In this document: positions 38,010 to 46,071 of the stretch, in pieces
Layout: each line of letters begins with the position of its first letter
How positions within the stretch are numbered: position 1 is the stretch's first letter
Assembly: GCA_943333275.1 (NCBI GenBank)
Contig: CALQSQ010000004.1
Location: 4,909-68,908, forward strand
Reading direction: 5' to 3'
Origin: Akkermansia muciniphila
GTDB taxonomy: Bacteria > Verrucomicrobiota > Verrucomicrobiia > Verrucomicrobiales > V1-33
DNA length: 64,000 bases
Notes under the pieces: generated by a model
What the model was told of the DNA's origin: nothing
Seen by the model: the letters and a program-made list of their open reading frames with translations, nothing else
The model's database searches: none
Position numbers and translations under genes: made by a program

Positions 38010-38879
38010 CTACCCGCCATTTGCCCCGCCTGTGGAAGTAAACTCCAGCGAAAGGTCCAGGGATTTGGCGGAGTGGGTGATGGCGCCGCAGGAGATGTAG
38101 TCCACGCCGGTGGCGGCGATGCTGGCGAGGCGCTCGAGGGTGACGCCGCCGCTGGCTTCGAGTTTCACGCGTCCGGCGACGAGGGCAACGCAGCGTTGCA
38201 TTTCCTCGTTGGTCATGTTGTCGAGCATAATGACATCAACGCCGCGCAGGGTGAGGAAATTTTCGACTTGGGAAAGGCGGTCGGCTTCGAGTTCGACGCG
38301 CATGCCGGGATGCTGGCGGCGCACGGCATCGATGGCCTGCTGCAATTCCGGCAGCCGGGCTTCGGCGAGGAGGTGATTATCCTTCACCATGACCATGTCG
38401 TAAAGTCCATGGCGGTGGTTCGTGCCGCCGCCAGACACGACGGCGGCCTTTTCCAGAGTGCGCCAGCCGGGTGTGGTCTTGCGGGTATCGAGCAGCTGGC
38501 AACGGGTCGTGCCCATGGCCTGGACATAGCAGTGGGTGAGAGTGGCAATACCGCTGAGGCGCTGGAGGAAATTGAGCGCGGTGCGTTCGCCGCTGAGCAG
38601 GGAGCGGGACGGTCCGGAGATTTCCATGACGGCATCGCCGGGGAGGAGGGCATCGCCATCGTTTCTCAGAGGCTGGACGCGGAGGTCGTGATCCAAGTTT
38701 CGGAAAACCGCCGTTGCCACAGTCATGCCGGCGAGGATGCCGGGCTCCTTTGAAATGATGCGCGCGCGGCTTTGGGCATCAGCCGGAATAAAAAACTCTG
38801 CCGTGACGTCCCCGGATCCGATGTCCTCCTCCAGCGCCATGCGGATGAGGGTCTGTGTGGTTGCGTCCAGAGTATTCAT
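38010..38879 (-). CDS. nadC: Nicotinate-nucleotide pyrophosphorylase (quinolinate phosphoribosyltransferase)
   Basis: MNTLDATTQTLIRMALEEDIGSGDVTAEFFIP... and RKTTPGWR, DMVMVKDNH, IMLDNM. The start is at the internal Met; the ORF extends to 38993. Confidence 0.9.
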   Translation of the reverse strand: MNTLDATTQTLIRMALEEDIGSGDVTAEFFIPADAQSRARIISKEPGILAGMTVATAVFRNLDHDLRVQPLRNDGDALLPGDAVMEISGPSRSLLSGERTALNFLQRLSGIATLTHCYVQAMGTTRCQLLDTRKTTPGWRTLEKAAVVSGGGTNHRHGLYDMVMVKDNHLLAEARLPELQQAIDAVRRQHPGMRVELEADRLSQVENFLTLRGVDVIMLDNMTNEEMQRCVALVAGRVKLEASGGVTLERLASIAATGVDYISCGAITHSAKSLDLSLEFTSTGGANGG

Positions 38880-39012
38880 GAATGAGAAAATGGCCGGAGC
38901 AGGTAGTGCGTGCAATGGGAAATGCAAGTGGCGGACCATTTCAACTTCACGAAATCGGCTTGGCAGCCAGAGCGCGCAGTGGTATCGGCGCATCTAACAA
39001 TTCCGACCTCCC

Positions 39013-40629
39013 TTGTCTTCCCATCGTTCCACTCCATCGCTACTCGCCTCACTCACGTCACCGCTGCAGCGTGCCTGGAAGGAAACCCGGGAAAGGTCCG
39101 ACTGGGAAAAATTTCACCCCGGTGAAGTTGGCCCGGGAGCACTCTTTCCGCAGGTGGCGGATGCGGAGAGCTTTCCAGCAAAGGATCGCGAGCGCATTGT
39201 CGCAGAAGCCATGGAGGCGTTGCAGGGAAAATTTCGCGGCTTCGGCGATCAGATCTGGCGGGTGCACACGCCGCCGGTCTGGCATCGGGATTATTTAACC
39301 GGAGGTGAACTGGCCACGACAGCGACCTCGCCACAGCTGCGCAATCCCAAGGCGCAGGGCCGGCTGCAAATGCGCGCGGTCCGGGCCTTGAATCGTTGGT
39401 CGCATCTCGTGACGCTGGCGCAGGCCTATCATTTTTCACGGGAGGAACATTTTCGCGAGGTGCTTTGCAATTGGCTGTCCGACTGGAATCTGAAAAACCC
39501 GCTCGGGCGAGGATGGAATTGGATGGAGGCCGGGGAGGCCGCGGCGCGCCTGTGCAACCTGTCCTGGATCGATGCGCTCGTGCGATTGCCCGGCACCCTT
39601 GTTGATCAACTGCTTCCCAAGCATGTCTGGTGGTTGGCGAGGTATGGTCCCCAGGAGTCATCGGCGCTGCCATGGATGAGCGGACTGATCTGTGCGCTCG
39701 CTCGCTGGCCGCAGGCGGCGGCATGGAGCGAATCATGGCCGGCTATTTCCCACAAATGGCAGACGGCGGTGCTGCGGGAAATCCGCGACGATGGTCGCTT
39801 TGGTGCGGCCTCGTGGGATCTCCAGCGAAAGGTGGTTGAATTTCTCATCTCCGCGCGCTCCGCCCTGCTGGCACGGGAGGTCCAGATTCCCGAACTCGTG
39901 GAAAAGCGTGTGCGACTCGCCGCCAATTTTATCATCAGCTGTGGTGATTCCCACGAGCCCTGGCCCTTTGGCGAAAGCGGCGAGGGAGACATGTTCCCTG
40001 GTTTCTCCATCGCAGACTGGCTGGCTGGCGAAGAATCCGTGACCTCAAAATGGCACGGTGCTCCACCGCCCCCCACCCCCAGCGTGGCTCCGCAGGATTT
40101 CCACATCGGGGGCGACGAAGCGTGGCGATGGCTTCTGCACCAACGACCGAGCAGCGGTTCTCACGGACACGAGGATGCCCAGCACCTCTCGCTTTGGATT
40201 GATCACCTCGCCGTCCTGATCGATCCCGGCTCGGGATTTCCCAACGCCGGACATCACAATGGCCCGACCCCCCTGTCGGCAGGCAAGACGGGTGCCCCCG
40301 CCCTGCTGCCCTTGAAGCGCGCCCTTCATCCCCGGCGCAGCATCACTGCGCTACCCGGCGGATGGCGCATCACGGATACCGGCGATGCGGCGTTTTCCGT
40401 GCGCTGGTTGCTCGCTCCGGGCTGGGAAATCGAACCGCACGATGACTCGTGCATCCTGTTCCGCGAGGGACACACGCTGGAGTTTTCCGTTCGGGGTGGA
40501 CACTTGGAAATCACCTCGGGACAGTGTTCGCCGAGTTTCGGTCAGCAGGTCGAAGCACCAGTGCTGATCGTCCACATGACGGAAGGTGGATCGTTGACCA
40601 CCGACATCGTCTCGCGGCCATTGCTCTGA
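39013..40629 (+). CDS. Heparinase II/III-like family protein (polysaccharide lyase-like); no obvious signal peptide
   Basis: The N-terminal alpha/alpha-toroid-like region (NRWSHLVTLAQAYHFSREEHF...WNWMEAGEAAARLCNLSW) and the C-terminal GSHGHEDAQHLSLW motif resemble the heparinase II/III GHxHxD signature. Confidence 0.55.
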   Translation: MSSHRSTPSLLASLTSPLQRAWKETRERSDWEKFHPGEVGPGALFPQVADAESFPAKDRERIVAEAMEALQGKFRGFGDQIWRVHTPPVWHRDYLTGGELATTATSPQLRNPKAQGRLQMRAVRALNRWSHLVTLAQAYHFSREEHFREVLCNWLSDWNLKNPLGRGWNWMEAGEAAARLCNLSWIDALVRLPGTLVDQLLPKHVWWLARYGPQESSALPWMSGLICALARWPQAAAWSESWPAISHKWQTAVLREIRDDGRFGAASWDLQRKVVEFLISARSALLAREVQIPELVEKRVRLAANFIISCGDSHEPWPFGESGEGDMFPGFSIADWLAGEESVTSKWHGAPPPPTPSVAPQDFHIGGDEAWRWLLHQRPSSGSHGHEDAQHLSLWIDHLAVLIDPGSGFPNAGHHNGPTPLSAGKTGAPALLPLKRALHPRRSITALPGGWRITDTGDAAFSVRWLLAPGWEIEPHDDSCILFREGHTLEFSVRGGHLEITSGQCSPSFGQQVEAPVLIVHMTEGGSLTTDIVSRPLL

Positions 40630-40660
40630 AAACTTTCAAGTACCAGCCCGGCGCGCCTCC

Positions 40661-41116
40661 TCAATGAGGATAGCGCGGGATGGATGAGGTCGAACCGTAA
40701 CGAGGAATCCATGAATACCCCCGCGATGCGGCCGCCGGGTAGGGCTGGGTGTAGACGCCGCAATTGTTCCCACGACCGCCTCCCCATCCGTATCCGCCGC
40801 GGTAGGGATAGCCCCCTTGATTGTAACCGTAATATCCGTCGTTCTGTCCCCAGCTGCCTCCATCGTAGTAGGCTCCGCCGGCATACGCGGGAGTTCCATG
40901 ATAACAGCCGGTGCTACCGACATGAACCCGCGGAGCAGCGGCCTGATAGACGCGCACTCTGGCAGGGGCTGCGGCGACGCGGCGCACGGGAGCGGCTCCA
41001 TTTAGATACATGGGCTTGCCGTTGGCATATCCGATGATGCGACGCTCTTCACCAGCGGGGGCGCTTTGGAGCAGGGCGGTGGTGACGGCGATGACGAATC
41101 CAAATTTTGCGAACAT
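40661..41116 (-). CDS. Small secreted Gly/Tyr-rich low-complexity protein
   Basis: Signal peptide MFAKFGFVIAVTTALLQSAPA. The C-terminal half reads GGAYYDGGSWGQNDGYYGYNQGGYPYRGGYGWGGGRGNN. Confidence 0.55.
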   Translation of the reverse strand: MFAKFGFVIAVTTALLQSAPAGEERRIIGYANGKPMYLNGAAPVRRVAAAPARVRVYQAAAPRVHVGSTGCYHGTPAYAGGAYYDGGSWGQNDGYYGYNQGGYPYRGGYGWGGGRGNNCGVYTQPYPAAASRGYSWIPRYGSTSSIPRYPH

Positions 41117-41491
41117 ATGAACACTGGGGTTGGGGTTGGAATTGGTCGGCTAATTTCTGAATTACACTGAATGCGACGCACCGTCTAGAAATTTCCGCAA
41201 ATTTTGCGAAATTGCTAAATCAAGAAAATCGGTCTCCCAGTTCAACAATTACCCCTTAACTACTTAAAGGTAAATATTTTAGGCTAAATTATTCCTCGAT
41301 CCTATGCGGCGCCTGGACAATTATTACGGAAATCCTTCCTCTTCTTTTAGGGAATTTTTGCACTTTTGATACTATTTCCTGAAAATTTTCTCAATTTTTA
41401 GATTTTATCAAAATTAATGAGGTATTCACTATTCTTTAAGTTTGAGACACGATTTGGCCACTCTCGAAGATTCACTCCAAACATCATTACC
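41117..41491. promoter_or_regulatory. AT-rich divergent intergenic control region between the Gly/Tyr-rich protein gene and the pel-like operon
   Basis: It is visibly far more AT-rich than the flanking DNA. It contains the inverted repeat CGCAAA-T-TTTGCG (41196-41208) and the perfect palindrome GAAAATTTTC (41381-41390). Confidence 0.6.
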
Positions 41492-41704
41492 ATGGCAACG
41501 CACCCGCCGCCTAATAAGGGAAAGCCCTATGCCGTGCCTCCGCGATTCCTGATCGCGACGGTGGTCATTTGTCTGACCCTGGCGGGGATGCTGGTGCCAC
41601 GCAAGGCCGAATTGGTGCAACGGCTGATGGAGGATGGAAACCACCACCGAGCCCGAGCCGTGGCCCTCAGCGACGACCCCCTCCTATTCGGGAGGTGGAA
41701 GTGA
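41492..41704 (+). CDS. Small single-pass membrane protein, first gene of the pel-like operon (PelB N-terminal-anchor-like)
   Basis: MATHPPPNKGKPYAVPPRFLIATVVICLTLAGMLVPRKAELVQRLMEDGNHHRA... is a TM helix followed by a helical start. The stop TGA (41702-41704) overlaps the GTG at 41701 of the next gene. Confidence 0.5.
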   Translation: MATHPPPNKGKPYAVPPRFLIATVVICLTLAGMLVPRKAELVQRLMEDGNHHRARAVALSDDPLLFGRWK

Positions 41705-43629
41705 AACTGGCACCGCCGACGCCGCTGGTTCGACTCCGCTCGGTGCTTACGCCTTCTGAGGGTATGCCCCGGGGCGTGGCCAACATTGTCTATGAAGTGG
41801 CCGATGCCGAAGCCTGTCGTCGCCTGGTGCACGAGCTGGGAGAGACCATTTCACGTTCGCAGTTGGAAAAAGTTTTTCTCGCTATGGGACAAAGCGCTTT
41901 GGCCGAAGGGAAAGCAGCGTTGGCGGCAGAGATCTTTCTGGAGGCCCGGTCCCGTGGCCTTCGTTCGGAGGCGCTGATCGTGCGTCTGGTGCAGGCCTGT
42001 CGCTGGTCCGGGCAGCCGCAGGCGGCGCTGGATGCGTTGACGGAATACCTGCAGGAAGCCCCCCTGCCGGTCGCCCTCACAGATGCCCCCCTCGGCCTTT
42101 ACCGGGAACTCAACCAGCCGGACCTCGCGTTGGATTTATTGATCAAACAATGGCAGGAACAGGCCGCCAGGGGAAAAGTAGAGGAGGCAACGGTGACGCT
42201 TACCACCGAAGTGGCGGCGCAGGCAGGGCAGATCCGAAAGGTCCTTCCGATGATCCGCGATTTCCTTGCCACACTTCCCGCAGCGCAGGCGGACCTGAGC
42301 GAACTGGCATCCGGCAGAGTCACGCTGGATCCTTTCTGGACGAAATTTGTGAAACTTACCGCCCAGCAGTGTGAATGGGGAGGACAGCCCCTGGAGGCCT
42401 TCCGGTTTTATGAAAAGCTCGCCGTGACCGGGGACCGGCAGGCGCTGGATCGTATGCTGGAGTTGAATCATGGGCTGAATCGCGATGGTGAATTGCTGGA
42501 GGTGCTGAAGGCGATCGTTCCGATCCCGGAAAAACCTGAACTGACGCTCACGCTCGCTCGCCTGCTCGCGGATGCGGGTGAAGCGGAACTCGCCGACCAC
42601 CATTTCGCGGCCTGGCTGTCAACGCATCCTGAAGACATCAATGCCCTGCTGGAAAGAGCGGCCCTCGCGGAGGAAAATTCGCAGCAGGATGAAGCCCTAG
42701 CTATGTATCAGCAGGCACTGGCCATGGATGGGGGAAATTTACAAATCAAAAAGGCCATCGCCAGTCTGCACATCGCCCGGCATGAATTCGAGGAGGCGTT
42801 TGCTTTTTACCATCAACTTCCGGAAGAGGATCATGATGCGACCACACTGGAAAATTACGCCCTGGTGGCGGAATCGCTCGCACACTACGAGGCCTTGAAC
42901 CACGCCTTGGTCGAGCGGCAGCACCGCTTGAAGAAACCCGCCTCGCGTGACTACCTGGAATTGGGCCGAAGTTTCGCCGTCATCGGCAAAAACGCCGGGG
43001 TCATCGCGACCTATGAGGACGGCCTTAGGAAAATCCCCCACAGCCGCATTCTGCGCATCGAACTCGCCAACGCGCTGCGGATGGAGGATCGGAACGATGA
43101 AGCGCTGGCCCTGCTGGCGCTTCCCGAACTCAGGGAGGACATGCATGCCATGCAGTTGTATATCGAAGTGGCGTGCCTGAAGGAGGATTACCTCGCCGCG
43201 TTGAATTTCCTGGGCCGGGGATTCGAACATAAGTTCGCGTTTGGTCCGGAAGTGCGCCTGGACCTGGGACACATTTATTTTAACAACGGCTACCTCACCG
43301 AGGCCGATGCCCTCTACTCATCGGTCCCGGATGAGCCCGCCTTGTGGCCACTGCTGGCGAACGCGCGATTCAAGGCGGGAGATTTCGCTTCGGCGGAATC
43401 CTATCAGAAGAAATATCTCGCCTCGCTGCCAATTCCCGATTCCTCCGGATGGATGCTCCTAGGGGATATTTATCAGGCACAGGGGCGCACCCAGGAGGCT
43501 CAAAAAGCCTATGCCAAAGCCCTCAGCCTCATGGAGGAAAAACTCACAACCTCACCCACCACGAAACCAGCCGAGACAGCCCCCACGGAAGTTTCGCAGT
43601 CCGTTTCCACCAAAGCCCCGCCCCCTTGA
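41701..43629 (+). CDS. TPR-repeat protein (PelB TPR-region-like)
   Basis: It is all-helical with TPR-like repeats throughout (e.g. ALAMYQQALAMDGGNLQIKKAIASLHIARHEFEEAFAFY; AQGRTQEAQKAYAKALSL). The start is placed at the GTG at 41701, which is preceded by GGGAGG (41690-41695). The ORF-track start at 41569 gives an implausible Pro/Arg/Gly-rich leader. Confidence 0.65.
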   Translation: MKLAPPTPLVRLRSVLTPSEGMPRGVANIVYEVADAEACRRLVHELGETISRSQLEKVFLAMGQSALAEGKAALAAEIFLEARSRGLRSEALIVRLVQACRWSGQPQAALDALTEYLQEAPLPVALTDAPLGLYRELNQPDLALDLLIKQWQEQAARGKVEEATVTLTTEVAAQAGQIRKVLPMIRDFLATLPAAQADLSELASGRVTLDPFWTKFVKLTAQQCEWGGQPLEAFRFYEKLAVTGDRQALDRMLELNHGLNRDGELLEVLKAIVPIPEKPELTLTLARLLADAGEAELADHHFAAWLSTHPEDINALLERAALAEENSQQDEALAMYQQALAMDGGNLQIKKAIASLHIARHEFEEAFAFYHQLPEEDHDATTLENYALVAESLAHYEALNHALVERQHRLKKPASRDYLELGRSFAVIGKNAGVIATYEDGLRKIPHSRILRIELANALRMEDRNDEALALLALPELREDMHAMQLYIEVACLKEDYLAALNFLGRGFEHKFAFGPEVRLDLGHIYFNNGYLTEADALYSSVPDEPALWPLLANARFKAGDFASAESYQKKYLASLPIPDSSGWMLLGDIYQAQGRTQEAQKAYAKALSLMEEKLTTSPTTKPAETAPTEVSQSVSTKAPPP

Positions 43630-43677
43630 TCATCATTTTCCCAAAGACCGACCGTCACCCCAAATCGTCACCACCCC

Positions 43678-45972
43678 ATGCGTTTGACACTTCCCCTCCC
43701 ACTGGCCCTCGGTCTGCTGCAACTCTCGCCCTGCACCCATGCCCAGGATCCCGCGCCCCCCCCTCCCGAGCCCCAGCCCAAAGTTGAAATTCGTCCTGCC
43801 GAACCTGCCGGTGAAAAACCCAAGCTGCAGATCAGGTCGGCAAATTTTAAAAACCCCAAAGGGAATGCCGTTCCTTCCCTGGGACCCAACGAGCAGAAAA
43901 TCATCGCCACGATGAAGGATATGAGCGTGGAGCAGGTGCGTGAGCTTGCGGAACTCTACAGCCGCGTCGGCAATCCCGTGATGACTGGCATTCTGATCAA
44001 CGAACTCACGCGCCGCGACCCCAAGGATCCCACCATCGAAGCCCTCAGCGACGATCCCGGCGATGGCAGCGCGGAGGATGATTCCGAGGCCACCAAGGCC
44101 CAGGAGTTAATCATGTCCGGCAAAAATGCCGAGGGTGCCGGGCTACTTCAAAAATTGAAGGTGGAGAAATACAAAGGCAGATCATTCCCCTACCTTCAGG
44201 ACCTGGCCTACGCCCTGTTGGAAAGCGGTCAGGAGGATGCGGCCAAGGCGGCTTTCAATGAACTCATCCGCAGCACCTCCGCCAAACCGGAGGAAAAGGC
44301 GGATGCCAGCCGCTCGCTCGCCAGCCTCGCCCTGGAGGCGCTCCAACGAAAGGGACAGGCGGCACTGACCGCTCGTGACGCCCGCCGTGCCCTGCAGGTG
44401 GCGGACCAGTTGCTGGCCAGAAATCCCCAGGACCCGGATGCCGTGGAACTGAAGGCCAGCGCGCTTTCCATGATGGGAAGAGGCCGGGAGGCCATCGCCT
44501 GGCTGCAGGATCTTAAATTGAAATCGACAAAGGCACCTTTCCCTCATCAGAAGGCCCTCGCAGAAGCCTACATGGACGCCCAATTTCTCGATTCCGCAGA
44601 GGAGGCGTTTCAGGAAATTGTCGATCTTCCGCAGTCCACCAGCGAAGACCGTGCGGAAGCCCGGAGCCGTCTTAAAGCCCTCCGCGTGGATCGATTGATC
44701 GCACGCGGCGAATCCGCCCTGAACAAAAACAGAATGGCCGAGGCCGAGGCCATCGCCCGGGAACTGGAGGCGGACATTCCCGTCTCTCCGGATGCAAAAG
44801 CATTCCGGGCCGCGATCCTCAACAAGCAGGGCCGTTTCATCGAAGCCGGAGCCCTTCTCGAAGCACTGCGGCAGGCCCAGAATCGTGAGTTCGATGCCAA
44901 CGCCGAGCTTGCCAATGCCTACATGAACACCGGCCGCTGGCAGGAGGCCGCGGAACAGTTCGCAATTGTCGAAAACAATCCCAAGAACGACGACCTCAGC
45001 AGATTCGATGCCGCGAGGTTGCGGCGGGAAATGCTCGCGCGCTACCGCCCCACGATCGGTTCCCATTATGATGCCGAATCAGGCGCCGAGGGAACCGTCT
45101 GGCGGGCTGCCGGCGAGGTTTCATCGGGCATCATTGGCGATGGCAACATGCTGATCGTCCGCACGGAGTGGGATCAGGTTCACCTGGCCGGAGCTCGCGC
45201 CATCGCACGCCAGAATGCGGAGCGTTTCCAGGCGGAACTGGCCTACCGCCGCGTCGTCAGCAGTGGATTTTTTGGCGAAGCGAGCATCGGTGGCAGCGAC
45301 AATGATGTAATTTACGGCGGAAAGGTTGGGAAACTTGAGGGAGATGGGCTGGCTTGGGAACTGAGCTACAAAGCAAACGACCGCGCCACGGATTCCCTGG
45401 CTCTGGAGGCTCTCAATGGGCGGCAAAATACGCTGCAACTTTATCTGGGAACCCACTTCAGCCGCAGGTTCTATCTGGACGCCCGCGCGTTTTTCCGCCA
45501 GGTGCATGTGCAAAATCATGACCTCGGCCAGGGCTGGGGTTTGGACATGAACATCGGCTGCACGCTGGTGGAGGAAACCATGCGGCGGCCGGAATTGCAG
45601 ATCGCCTATTTTAATGAGATCAGCTATTTCAACACCCGCCAGTTGCCGGCTGATTTCGTGCAGCGCAACACGAGGCGTGGATTTGCCGGCGACCTAAGCG
45701 ATCAACTCATCGACCGCGGCATCAACCGGCATGGCATCCAGCTCACCCTCTCCAAGCAACTGAACCATCGCGTCAGCGCCTACATCTACGGCGGCGTGAG
45801 TTATGAATTTGAAATCGGACAGGCGGAGGGGCGCGCCGGAGCAGGCATCGAAGCCTACCTCGCACCCAACACCACCCTGAACATTGGAGTGGACTACACC
45901 ACCAGTGGCAACACCGGCAACCAGGGGAGCGACGTCCTCTCCGGAACTATTGGGGTAAAGATGTCCTTCTGA
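43678..45972 (+). CDS. Outer-membrane TPR + beta-barrel porin (PelB C-terminal / BcsC-like exopolysaccharide export protein)
   Basis: Signal peptide MRLTLPLPLALGLLQLSPCTHA. About 400 aa of TPR-like helices are followed by about 300 aa of alternating beta-strand pattern ending ...GTIGVKMSF (an OMP C-terminal Phe). Confidence 0.65.
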   Translation: MRLTLPLPLALGLLQLSPCTHAQDPAPPPPEPQPKVEIRPAEPAGEKPKLQIRSANFKNPKGNAVPSLGPNEQKIIATMKDMSVEQVRELAELYSRVGNPVMTGILINELTRRDPKDPTIEALSDDPGDGSAEDDSEATKAQELIMSGKNAEGAGLLQKLKVEKYKGRSFPYLQDLAYALLESGQEDAAKAAFNELIRSTSAKPEEKADASRSLASLALEALQRKGQAALTARDARRALQVADQLLARNPQDPDAVELKASALSMMGRGREAIAWLQDLKLKSTKAPFPHQKALAEAYMDAQFLDSAEEAFQEIVDLPQSTSEDRAEARSRLKALRVDRLIARGESALNKNRMAEAEAIARELEADIPVSPDAKAFRAAILNKQGRFIEAGALLEALRQAQNREFDANAELANAYMNTGRWQEAAEQFAIVENNPKNDDLSRFDAARLRREMLARYRPTIGSHYDAESGAEGTVWRAAGEVSSGIIGDGNMLIVRTEWDQVHLAGARAIARQNAERFQAELAYRRVVSSGFFGEASIGGSDNDVIYGGKVGKLEGDGLAWELSYKANDRATDSLALEALNGRQNTLQLYLGTHFSRRFYLDARAFFRQVHVQNHDLGQGWGLDMNIGCTLVEETMRRPELQIAYFNEISYFNTRQLPADFVQRNTRRGFAGDLSDQLIDRGINRHGIQLTLSKQLNHRVSAYIYGGVSYEFEIGQAEGRAGAGIEAYLAPNTTLNIGVDYTTSGNTGNQGSDVLSGTIGVKMSF

Positions 45973-46071
45973 GATTGGAGTCATTCAATTCTTGACCTCG
46001 GAAACAAATTTAATGCACGATGGACCATGAAATGCTGCCGTTACGCCGACGGTCCTGCACCCCAAGATTGA

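Noticed and set aside
41569-41700. ORF-track N-terminus of the TPR protein (MSDPGGDAGATQGRIG...PPPIREVE).
   Set aside because: The composition is implausible and it overlaps the better-looking TM-protein frame. A GTG with a strong GGGAGG site at 41701 is the more likely start.
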